DNA from: a virus
Virus record (IMG/VR): IMGVR_UViG_3300034111_000335
Location: 54,887 to 118,886 of that record
Length of the DNA: 64,000 nt
Direction: 5' to 3' (one strand)
Both the position numbers and the translations under genes were made by a program. Of this stretch, positions 19,517 through 29,099 are shown one piece after another. The notes below the pieces were generated by a model. It saw nothing but the letters and a program-made list of their open reading frames with translations, had not been told where the DNA came from and made no database searches. The stretch's first letter is position 1, and the number at the start of each line of letters is the position of its first letter.

Positions 19517-22500
19517 ATGATTTGTCCTAACTTAAGTGATAGTAAGATACGTGCTGAGTTTACTCACCTTAGTAACCTAGTAGGAGAAGACTTTGCTTAT
19601 TTCGTATGGAATAGGAATGGTGGATACCCTCTAGATAAAACTGTGATAAAAATAAAAGGAAAAGAAACAGTAGTTGACAATCCTTTATATGCTCATTTTT
19701 TAGACTCTTACAAAAATGTAAAGCAAGCTACTTTAGCTACTTCTATTTTTTACAGTAAGAAGTTACATAAGAATAATCCTAACTTCAAAGATCTTCCAGT
19801 CCAAGAGCAGGCAAACATTATACACAACTTTGTACAGGAGAATGAAACTCTAGAGAAAGCTTCTGAAAGAGTAATGAAGTTTATTGCTCAGGGTTTTAAG
19901 GCAGAAAGAATCATAAGCGAAAATCTACAAAAGGTTGCTTTTGATGAAGCACGTAAGATTGCTAACGGTAGACAGTTGTTAGATTCTTATATGTGGTTTA
20001 AGAGTTCTCCTTTATCTCAGCACTTAGACTTTGTGAACATGCAGAACAAAGAAGAAAGTTCTTTTGCTACATGGACTAAGTCTGCAATTACTTTATACAA
20101 AGGATCTGATTACTCTGATCTATACCATGAAGGATGGCATGAATTCACACAACGATTCATGACTAAGGAACAAAGGACTGCTTTATACCAAACGGTTAAA
20201 TCAAGACCTTCTACCGCTACTATTAATGGAGTTCAAGTACCTTACTATGCTTTGACTAATCGTCAGATAGAAGAAGTACTTGCAGAAGAATTTAGAAGGT
20301 TTGCTTTAAATAAGTCTAACCCTGAGGTTATCCCTCCAGTAGTAGAGACTCCTGTAAGAAATGTTTTCCAAAGAATTTGGGACTTCCTTACAAGTTTGTT
20401 TATAGTAAGCCCACAAGAAGTTGCTCAGCAAGATCAAGACGCATTAGTAGAGGGTGTTGTAGGTTTATTTGAGAAACTATATGCTAACCAACTATCTGAG
20501 TATAGACCTAATGCAAGTAACATCTCTGAGAAAGTATTAAATAGAAATAAAGAATTCCAAATTAACTACAAAGCAAAGGACGGAAGAATAATTCCTTTTG
20601 GTTACAATGCTTTAGAGGCTGCTGAAATCTTTAGTGCTATTGACTACTTCTTAGCAGACGCAATGGATAACTTTACAGATGCAGAAGGTAATCCAACTAA
20701 GCTAGAGATGTCTTTCTTAATGGATCCTAAACTTAAGTCTATATATCTACCTAAGTTGTATGAGAGTGCCAGGGATTCTATGTTGCAGTATATCAATGCT
20801 TTACAAGGTGAAGTACCTACTGCTGATGAAGCTACTGCTGCTGTTTTAAACTCTAGAATCAAAAACTTAAAAGGACTTGTAGTACGTACTGCAGAGAATG
20901 ATGGTTGGGCAGAGGTAGTTAAGAATCACCAAAAGAACTCTAAGGGTGGAGTATTCTACTCAGGTAATAACTTAAACACTGCTGACGTAGACAATCGCTT
21001 AGATGAAACTAACGAAGAAAACTTTACTAGGGATAGTAGAAGTTTTGCAAATGCAGAGGATGTAGATCCTATGAGCTTAGCTTCTCCTGAAATTCTACAA
21101 CTTATTAAGACTCTTCCTGGAATCTATTATAATAACAAAGGAGAACTTATTACAGCTACAGGTAACTCTTTTGGTTTACCACAAGCAGGAGACTTCCTTA
21201 GAAATAAAAACTTAGTTTTAAATAAGGTAAGTGGAGCCATTAATTATGAGGAAGCTATTCAGAGACTTAGAAACTCTCTAGATATTGCTCCACAATTGCA
21301 GAACTTAATCAACAGATTACCTAATACCTCTGACACACTTTCGTTGGCTCAGATGGCTTTAAAAGCACAATTTATGCAGTTTGCAGCTATGCCTACTGTG
21401 GCTCCTTACGAAGTTAAGTCTAGGATTAAGTCTACAGCTGCTAAAGTGTCTAAGAATAAGGACAGTGTAATGGAGCACGTAACTTTCTTGAACAATACAA
21501 TGTCTCAAGAAAAACTTATTGAACACTTTGATCAGAACTTTGTAACTAACAGACTTCGTAAGTATAGAATAACTGATCCTACAGAAAGTACATTAGCTGT
21601 ATTTGACTCTGCTGGAATACTTAGCGACTATGCTGCATACAAAGAAGTAGGCTTTACTTCTGATAAAGCAGTGTTTGAATTCTTAAACGATGCTTTTGGT
21701 ATCGACTTAGTTAATAATAAAAACCCTAACTTACTCTTTAATAAAAAAGGAGAAGTACAGCTTAGTGTAAATCCTATCTTTACTCCTACCAACATAAGAA
21801 ACATCAATAAGATTGCAAACAATGCTTTGTTTAAGTTAAATCTTATTTCTATGCTTCCATCAGAAGTAACTGTTCCTACTGTTGGGTCTAATCCTTTGTT
21901 GACTTTATCTTCAGACATATCTAAGCAACTTAAAGCTCAGATAGACGCACTGCCTAATAATCCAAAGAACAAAGAAATTAAAGAGTACTTAGCTAAACAC
22001 TTTAAGGCTGCAACACTAGACAACGAAAGAACTTCTGCTTTCTCTACGTTTGAAAAGATTTACAATATCTCTAACTCTGCTTCTTATATTAGTCCTGAGG
22101 GTAATTTAGAATATGCAATTAGAGAATGGAATCACTTACTAGATACAGTTTCTAAGATCAACAGTGTACAGACTAAGTTTGATCTTACAGGACATTTGAA
22201 TCCTGAAACAAATAATTTTATTGAACACAGTATCATTATGAAGCGGATGTTCCGTGCTGATAATGGTGAAAGGAGACTTACTAATTCAGGAGAGGACGTT
22301 GAACTAAGAGTTACTAATATGTCTGGTTACACTATAGGAACTACTATGGGAGACAAGACAACTAACCTTACTGGAGATGGAAAACTACTACAAGACTTTA
22401 TAGCTTTTAAGAAAGATGCTGTAGTAGAAAATATGAGAGTAGGAGCTAAGAGTAGTTCTTTTGCTACATTCCTAAATGGTAACAAGTTAGACAGAGAGTA

Positions 22501-25500
22501 CTTTCCTTTAGAAGAATATAATTTTAAAAACAAAGCAGTATTGTCTTCCTCTTTCATAGCTCAGATGCAACAGTATTTGTACTTTGAAGCTATGCGTATG
22601 TTTGATGATAAGGCTAAGTCCAACAAGAAAGAAATCTTAGGATCTGATTTTATCATATTCAAAGACATGATTCCTGACTCTATTCAAAGTAGAGTTAAGG
22701 AAGCTGTGGCTAATGCTGAAAGTAAAGCAGCTCTTAAAGGTGCTTTAACAGGAATGTTTGGCATGTCTAGTAACTCTCTTTACGGAGAATTCAAGAATGC
22801 TTTAACAGATTACTTTGCAAACTCTGTACAAACTCTTAGAACTTCTTTTAAAGAAATCTTAAGCAAAGGAGAAAACAAAGACTTAGCTCAACAATTTAAC
22901 CGACTCTATCCAAAAAATAGTGGATCAGCGTATACGGATGAAGAGATTGATTCTAATCTTATGCACTTTACAACTAACTATTATGTGCATCAGGTAGAAC
23001 TACTCCACTTAACTGTAGGAGATCCTTCTAACTTCCAAATTAAAAACTCAGATTGGAGAGGATTGTTTAAACGCTTAGGTGCTACTATCTCTCCAGGAAA
23101 ACAACCTAGACTTGACTCTCAAGATATAAACTCTTGGAACACTAGTTCTAATGGTAGCCTCTCTAGAGGACTTGAAGAAATTCAAAGAGGTACAGGAAAG
23201 TCCAGACAATACGATAATAACCTTAACTACGTACAGTACGAAGATGTAAAGACTTTTGACTACTTAGATGAAAGTACAAAAGAAAGCATCAGAGAAAGTA
23301 TGAGAGAAAACTACTTGAGTGCATTAGCTACTGTTAAGGGTGCTCTTACTCCTGAGGACATAAGCAGAGAAACTGCTAAGATTGACAAAAACCTTGATGC
23401 TGTATTCGAACAAGGAAAAGAATCAGATGCTCAGGCTTATGCAGGTTTAGATTTTATTCGTTTCTACCTTAACTCTGTTGGGGAATGGCCTAATGACTTA
23501 GAACAAGCATATAAACACGAGTTAGAAGTATTCAAGGCAATTAAAAAATATAGACAGTCAAACTCAGATCAAGACAAAGCTGAAGTCTATTCCTTGATTG
23601 CAAAAAGTAATCTAGGTATTTTGACATCTTTAAAGCTTGGATACTATGGTTCTCCTACAGACTTTACTAAATACAACGTATTAGGTAAGTACTCTGTGTT
23701 TCCATTAAGTCCTTCTATGGTTTTTGACACAGACTTAGAAGATGTTATGATGGACTACTTAGACAAAGGTGTAGACTTAGCGACTTTCTCTAGCGGTAAT
23801 AAAATGGCTCTTCCTACAAAAGAACTTCCCTACTATGAAAAGAAAGTAGTAAAGGGTAAATCGGAGTATGTAGAAGGAGACAACGGGCAGTTAAAGATTG
23901 GTAAAGTAGATCCTGAAGCCGTAATTAGACTTCCTATTGACGGTCTTCGTAGACAACAGTACATTGCTCCTAAAACAAAGAATGAAGCTACTTTATCTAC
24001 ACAGATGGTTAAACTTATCTTTAGTAACTTTTATGTTGGAGGAGATATTAATCCTGCTTATGCTCACCTAGAAGAAAAGATTAACAATCTTCAAGAAGCA
24101 TTTATTGATAATATTAAAGTTATCGTAGATGTAGAGAAAGCAAAAATCTACTCTAAGATTGGTGCTACAGTAGGTGCTGATGGTAACATAACAGGTATCA
24201 ATACTGCAGACTTTACTAGCTGGTTGCATAGTGAGTTTGATAAGAAAGACGTACCTACTTCTGTGTATTCTTTCTTAAGACCTACTGTTAATAATTCTTT
24301 TGTATTCTCTGTAGATGCAGGAGTACAACGTTCTTTGATAGATCAGATTATTTCTTCTGCTTTATCTAAGCGTGTATTGAGACCTAAGTTATTTGGTGAA
24401 GCTTACATACAGTTAGCTTCTACTGGTTTTAACAAATTAGGTACTCGTATGAAGAAGCCTACTACTTCTCAATTGAAATCTATAGCTAAGGGCTTCAATG
24501 TAAGCGGTCTAAGAGACTATCGTATTGAGAATGGAGTAGTACAGCCTGCGGATGTTTTAATTCCATTTAATCCAAAGAAACACACTCCCCTATTAAACTT
24601 AGAGTGGAATGGTGCACCTATCCAAACACTAGATAGATTAAACCAAGCCTTAGAGGATGATGCTTGGGTAGCAGAACACTCTGCTAAGATTAGTATAGTA
24701 GGGGTACGTATTCCTGTTCAGGGATTAAACTCTATGGAACACTTTAGAGTACGTAGGTTCTTATCTAATGTAGGAGGTCCTGTAATGGTTGTTCCTCCTT
24801 CTATTGTAACTAAGTCTGGATCGGATTTTGACATAGATAAATTGTTTATGTATGAGCCAGAGTTAGACGATAACGGAAACTTAGTATCTAATTCTAGACT
24901 AAGTGACCCTGAGTTTAGAACACAAGTCATAGATAATATCTTGGCAAAGAATGAATTCTTAGCTCTTAGAGCAGATAGTTTACAAACTTTGTTTGCCTCT
25001 GCTGACTTTAAAGAAGCGGGCTTAGTATCTAAAGAAATTGAAACTCTTAAGAAGTTTATAGACGATTTAAAAGAAGCTAAGAATTCTGGAGACCAAGATG
25101 CAATTACAGAATTTAAAGAAAACATTGGTCCGTTAAACATGAAGTTAGGTATTGCTATTGAGAGATTTAAAACTCTTCGTAGTCAAGACCCTAAAGTAGT
25201 AGAGATGTTACAGAATTTAGTTAGTGCTAATGAAATACTTGCTGATATGAAAGACATTTCAGAGAAAGCTCTTAAGGGTTCTGCTTCTAATAATATGATC
25301 TCTGTAATAGCTTCTGTGTTGTCTGAGCCAAGTATCTTTACAGAATTTACCAAGCCTAACACTAACGTTATTCTTCCTGCTATTGCAGAAGAATATCAAA
25401 AACTAAAAGGTAAAGAGAGTCGTATTTCTTCTAGTGCTATGTTCTTGATTGAAACTTCTGTTAGAATCTTTACAGAGAATAACTTAGGTAAGAAGTCTTT

Positions 25501-28054
25501 GGGTGTAGATGCTAAGACTAACGCTTTGCATAAACTATTCCAACAAACTGGACTTAGATTTAAAAGTAATCCAGAAGAAGTAGACATAAATAAGTTCTAC
25601 TTACTTAAGTCAAACAAGAATAAAAATACTAAAGAGATTGAGTTAGGTGGTTTGTATGACGCTGATGGAGTAAATCTTATATCTGACGTAATCAACGAGT
25701 TTATTAACGGTCACGTAGATATTGAAAACGAAGACTGGATTAACTTCTTTAACGCAGATAGAGAAAGAACACCTTTAATTCTTCAGATGGTTCTTAACGG
25801 TACTCCTGTAGATGAAGCTATTTTATTGGTTAACCAACCTATCATCCAACATTATATTAGATCTAGTAAGATTACTAAAGTAGGTAAAGCATTAGGACAG
25901 AAACCTGCTGACTTGTTTAAGGACTACATTATTCCTGCACTAAACTTTTTAGGAGAAAAACCAGTCTTTGTAGAAGGTCAGATAGACGAAGCTCTTACTG
26001 TAGAAAAGGTTCTTAGCACACCTAGTATTACAAGTGCTTTATCTGCAGAAAACTTTAACAAAGAAAACTATCCTCCTAACCCTAATGTAATTAGAAGTTC
26101 TTACGAAAAGATCAAAGCTAATAGAAATAGTAAAGAAGGAACTGAAGCACTAAGAGCACAGTTAGCATTTATAACTCAGTACTATGTTGTTAAGCAACAG
26201 AACCAAATTTTATTGTCGTTAACCAGTAACATAGATTTCAACACAGCTAACTATCGTATTAATACAGAATTCTATGCTACTTCTACAGGTATTAATGAAG
26301 CGAGAGAAAACTTTAACAGTGAGGCAATTGATAAAATTCTTACAAACAGTGTTGTTTCTCCATTTAACGTCCTTGAAGCCAATCAATCTGTAGTAGATCA
26401 AGTGTGGGACTTCTTTTCTCTTCCGCTAGTTAAGGATTATTTATATAAAGTTAAGCAAGAGTATGGTAAGTATTGGAGTAGAGACAAGACAGTTAGAAAC
26501 TTTAACCAACTTATGAACTCTATGATGCTGTCTTTCTTTCAGAATATTCCAGAACTTAAACCTTTGTATGCTAAGTATAGTGCTGAATCAGGTCTATTAG
26601 ATATTAAGTCTGGAAATAACTTACGTGCTAGGTTTGACAGAATATTTAACAACACAGAAGATCCAAAGATAAAAGCCTTTGCCTCTAATAATATTATCCT
26701 AAATAACTTTACTTCTATCATGGTAGAAGGAACTAGCATGTTCTATCCTGGTATGCTAACTAACGAGAAGGATGTAGACACAGTAAACGCAGGACAAAAA
26801 GACTTCTCTGATGGACTTAATCATCCTAATCCAGAAGTAAGAGGATTCTTTAGTGATCTAGCTAATGCTGTTTTATTAGGACAAGGATCTAACATTAGGT
26901 ATCGTTCTATCCATAACTTTATTCCTATGGAAGCTCAGACTGAAAGTATGATTGAATTGTCTATTGTTCTTAAAAAGATTAAAGAGTCTATAGATAACCT
27001 AGAGACTGCAGAATTCTTAAAGGATCTTTTAAATAAGACTACAAAGACTCATGCATCTATCTACTGGCCAAGTAAACAAAACAAAGTAGTAGTTACTAAT
27101 AAGATGAAAACTTTCCCTGACTTTAGACAAGTAATAGAAGAGAAGCCTCAGATTACTAGTAACGATGACTTAGATGAAGCTATGATCTATGCACAAGAAT
27201 CTTCTAGTGATGCTCCTGAACCTGACTTCAATAGTATGGATGAGGAGTTTATCATAGCTAAGAAGCTTGAGGAAAAGAAAGCAAAGGCAACTGTTCCTCC
27301 ACAGAAAATTACTACTCAATCATCTACTATTGTTAAAATAGATTTCCAGGAAGAACCTACATCAGGATATAAAAATAGAACTATTAAGAATGCAAGTGCT
27401 GATGCTACAATAGCAATAGCCGTTGACTTTAATACAGCTGGAGAGAAACTAACCAAGTCATCTGTAGAAAGCCAGGGTAAGAAATACATAGCCAGAAACC
27501 TTGACGAGATGTTTGTTCCTGTAGATCCGTTTAACGCAAGTAAAGGATATGAGCTCAATGACAAGGCAATATTTAATATGGCAGAAAGTATTGTAGCTGA
27601 TTTGAACAACGCAAATGCCAGGACGCTTAACATAGCCGGTAATGGTATCTACACAATGAAAGGAAAATATCCTCAAGCTTTGTTAGATGGTGCCATGGAA
27701 CGTTTGCTGGAATATGTCACTCTATCTGATAACTTGAAAAACAAGATTGTTTCAGTTAGAAGTGGTGGGCAAACTGGGATAGATGAAGCAGGAGCTAAAG
27801 CAGGTATCAAACTGGGTATTCCTACTACTGTTCTTGCTCCTAAAGGATGGAAATTTAGAAATGAATCTGGTACAGATATATCTAATGAACAAGCATTTAA
27901 AGCTAGATTTGTTTCTACTCAACCATCTACTCTACCTAAAAATCTAACACTTAAGAACGGAGTTTCCTACCCAATAACAGATATAGACATACCCTTACTA
28001 GAAAGCTTAGGGTATAGTGCAAAAGAAATGAACGAAGTATTTAATAACTGCTAA
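19517..28054 (+). CDS. Virion-packaged single-chain two-barrel RNA polymerase (crAss-like), with N-terminal zincin motif and C-terminal SLOG domain
   Basis: 2845 aa. RIPVQG..GSDFDIDKL catalytic DxDxD (about 24824), KRLGATISPG, DAQAY. HEGWH..EEVLAEEF near the N-terminus. SGGQTGIDEAG near the C-terminus. Confidence 0.9.
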   Translation: MICPNLSDSKIRAEFTHLSNLVGEDFAYFVWNRNGGYPLDKTVIKIKGKETVVDNPLYAHFLDSYKNVKQATLATSIFYSKKLHKNNPNFKDLPVQEQANIIHNFVQENETLEKASERVMKFIAQGFKAERIISENLQKVAFDEARKIANGRQLLDSYMWFKSSPLSQHLDFVNMQNKEESSFATWTKSAITLYKGSDYSDLYHEGWHEFTQRFMTKEQRTALYQTVKSRPSTATINGVQVPYYALTNRQIEEVLAEEFRRFALNKSNPEVIPPVVETPVRNVFQRIWDFLTSLFIVSPQEVAQQDQDALVEGVVGLFEKLYANQLSEYRPNASNISEKVLNRNKEFQINYKAKDGRIIPFGYNALEAAEIFSAIDYFLADAMDNFTDAEGNPTKLEMSFLMDPKLKSIYLPKLYESARDSMLQYINALQGEVPTADEATAAVLNSRIKNLKGLVVRTAENDGWAEVVKNHQKNSKGGVFYSGNNLNTADVDNRLDETNEENFTRDSRSFANAEDVDPMSLASPEILQLIKTLPGIYYNNKGELITATGNSFGLPQAGDFLRNKNLVLNKVSGAINYEEAIQRLRNSLDIAPQLQNLINRLPNTSDTLSLAQMALKAQFMQFAAMPTVAPYEVKSRIKSTAAKVSKNKDSVMEHVTFLNNTMSQEKLIEHFDQNFVTNRLRKYRITDPTESTLAVFDSAGILSDYAAYKEVGFTSDKAVFEFLNDAFGIDLVNNKNPNLLFNKKGEVQLSVNPIFTPTNIRNINKIANNALFKLNLISMLPSEVTVPTVGSNPLLTLSSDISKQLKAQIDALPNNPKNKEIKEYLAKHFKAATLDNERTSAFSTFEKIYNISNSASYISPEGNLEYAIREWNHLLDTVSKINSVQTKFDLTGHLNPETNNFIEHSIIMKRMFRADNGERRLTNSGEDVELRVTNMSGYTIGTTMGDKTTNLTGDGKLLQDFIAFKKDAVVENMRVGAKSSSFATFLNGNKLDREYFPLEEYNFKNKAVLSSSFIAQMQQYLYFEAMRMFDDKAKSNKKEILGSDFIIFKDMIPDSIQSRVKEAVANAESKAALKGALTGMFGMSSNSLYGEFKNALTDYFANSVQTLRTSFKEILSKGENKDLAQQFNRLYPKNSGSAYTDEEIDSNLMHFTTNYYVHQVELLHLTVGDPSNFQIKNSDWRGLFKRLGATISPGKQPRLDSQDINSWNTSSNGSLSRGLEEIQRGTGKSRQYDNNLNYVQYEDVKTFDYLDESTKESIRESMRENYLSALATVKGALTPEDISRETAKIDKNLDAVFEQGKESDAQAYAGLDFIRFYLNSVGEWPNDLEQAYKHELEVFKAIKKYRQSNSDQDKAEVYSLIAKSNLGILTSLKLGYYGSPTDFTKYNVLGKYSVFPLSPSMVFDTDLEDVMMDYLDKGVDLATFSSGNKMALPTKELPYYEKKVVKGKSEYVEGDNGQLKIGKVDPEAVIRLPIDGLRRQQYIAPKTKNEATLSTQMVKLIFSNFYVGGDINPAYAHLEEKINNLQEAFIDNIKVIVDVEKAKIYSKIGATVGADGNITGINTADFTSWLHSEFDKKDVPTSVYSFLRPTVNNSFVFSVDAGVQRSLIDQIISSALSKRVLRPKLFGEAYIQLASTGFNKLGTRMKKPTTSQLKSIAKGFNVSGLRDYRIENGVVQPADVLIPFNPKKHTPLLNLEWNGAPIQTLDRLNQALEDDAWVAEHSAKISIVGVRIPVQGLNSMEHFRVRRFLSNVGGPVMVVPPSIVTKSGSDFDIDKLFMYEPELDDNGNLVSNSRLSDPEFRTQVIDNILAKNEFLALRADSLQTLFASADFKEAGLVSKEIETLKKFIDDLKEAKNSGDQDAITEFKENIGPLNMKLGIAIERFKTLRSQDPKVVEMLQNLVSANEILADMKDISEKALKGSASNNMISVIASVLSEPSIFTEFTKPNTNVILPAIAEEYQKLKGKESRISSSAMFLIETSVRIFTENNLGKKSLGVDAKTNALHKLFQQTGLRFKSNPEEVDINKFYLLKSNKNKNTKEIELGGLYDADGVNLISDVINEFINGHVDIENEDWINFFNADRERTPLILQMVLNGTPVDEAILLVNQPIIQHYIRSSKITKVGKALGQKPADLFKDYIIPALNFLGEKPVFVEGQIDEALTVEKVLSTPSITSALSAENFNKENYPPNPNVIRSSYEKIKANRNSKEGTEALRAQLAFITQYYVVKQQNQILLSLTSNIDFNTANYRINTEFYATSTGINEARENFNSEAIDKILTNSVVSPFNVLEANQSVVDQVWDFFSLPLVKDYLYKVKQEYGKYWSRDKTVRNFNQLMNSMMLSFFQNIPELKPLYAKYSAESGLLDIKSGNNLRARFDRIFNNTEDPKIKAFASNNIILNNFTSIMVEGTSMFYPGMLTNEKDVDTVNAGQKDFSDGLNHPNPEVRGFFSDLANAVLLGQGSNIRYRSIHNFIPMEAQTESMIELSIVLKKIKESIDNLETAEFLKDLLNKTTKTHASIYWPSKQNKVVVTNKMKTFPDFRQVIEEKPQITSNDDLDEAMIYAQESSSDAPEPDFNSMDEEFIIAKKLEEKKAKATVPPQKITTQSSTIVKIDFQEEPTSGYKNRTIKNASADATIAIAVDFNTAGEKLTKSSVESQGKKYIARNLDEMFVPVDPFNASKGYELNDKAIFNMAESIVADLNNANARTLNIAGNGIYTMKGKYPQALLDGAMERLLEYVTLSDNLKNKIVSVRSGGQTGIDEAGAKAGIKLGIPTTVLAPKGWKFRNESGTDISNEQAFKARFVSTQPSTLPKNLTLKNGVSYPITDIDIPLLESLGYSAKEMNEVFNNC

Positions 28055-28056
28055 AA

Positions 28057-29043
28057 ATGATTTGCCCTAACAAAAATACACCTGAGTGGAAAGCTATATC
28101 AAATGCTCATCCTACACTAGCATATTACCTGTGGAATAAGTACGAGGGTAATATACCTTCGTACTATACACAATCCGTAGGTAAGGAAGGAGTAACAGAA
28201 CTGTTTGAATCTACTCCTGAGTTAGCTAATATAGGTACACCTCAACAATACTCTCAGTACTTAGATTCTATCTTTCCTGAAAGTAAAGTAAAAGATATTG
28301 TTTATCATGGTACTCATACTAGATTCAATAAGTTTGATAAAAGTTTATCTGGAAGTAAAACAAAAGCCTCTATTAACGGTAAAGGGTTTTTCTTTTCAAA
28401 CAGTTTAGGTATAGCACAAGGATATAGACAAAGTTTAGAGCAGTCCAATATTTATAACGATGTTATATTTTATTACTATTTTAAAAGAGATCTGGCTAAT
28501 AAAAATATTAAAGATGTAACTCAAGAAGAGTGGCAAGAAATAGTATTAAATTATTTTGGATCTGAAGACTTAAATGTTCAATATTTACAAAGACAGTCTT
28601 TAGATAAAACAAAAGAACTTTTTGAAAAATTTAAAAATGATAAACAATTTAATACTGTTCAATATGTAGATGAACTTGATTTTTCAGAATATTTAAAAGA
28701 TGATTCTATAGTTTATTCAGCATTATTAGAAGTAAATAATCCTTTGGTTGTTGAAGGAAATAATTACCAAATGCTATCTATTGTTAAAAAAGAAATAGAA
28801 AAATTAGAAGAAAATAATGATTCTATTATATTTAACAATGTAGAAGATGGAATGTCTGGTAGTTATAGAGGTGTTGCCAATACTTATACAGTATTTGAAC
28901 CAGAACAAATTCACATACTAGGAAACAAACAAGACATAGAAGGGTTTAAACAATTTGTAAGCAACTCTAACCCTATGACTTCACCAGATATGTCTAACCT
29001 AGAAAATACTGAGTTCGAAGTGATTAAGTGTAGGGAAGATTAA
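28057..29043 (+). CDS. ADP-ribosyltransferase-like (ART-PolyVal type) protein
   Basis: IVYHGT..FNKFDKS..GKGFFFS..AQGY, LEVNNPL, DSIIFNNVED, YTVFEPEQI follow the ART-PolyVal pattern. Confidence 0.7.
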   Translation: MICPNKNTPEWKAISNAHPTLAYYLWNKYEGNIPSYYTQSVGKEGVTELFESTPELANIGTPQQYSQYLDSIFPESKVKDIVYHGTHTRFNKFDKSLSGSKTKASINGKGFFFSNSLGIAQGYRQSLEQSNIYNDVIFYYYFKRDLANKNIKDVTQEEWQEIVLNYFGSEDLNVQYLQRQSLDKTKELFEKFKNDKQFNTVQYVDELDFSEYLKDDSIVYSALLEVNNPLVVEGNNYQMLSIVKKEIEKLEENNDSIIFNNVEDGMSGSYRGVANTYTVFEPEQIHILGNKQDIEGFKQFVSNSNPMTSPDMSNLENTEFEVIKCRED

Positions 29044-29051
29044 AAACCAAC

Positions 29052-29059
29052 TATATTTG
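29052..29059 (+). promoter_or_regulatory. TAnnTTTG -7 box
   Basis: TATATTTG in the intergenic region, followed by an A-rich leader to the ATG at 29100. Confidence 0.55.
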
Positions 29060-29099
29060 TAAGTAAACAAGTAAACAATTTAAATTTAAATAAAACAAG

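Noticed and set aside
19517-28054. Split or intron-interrupted RNAP
   Set aside because: A single uninterrupted ORF carries all the recognisable motifs.
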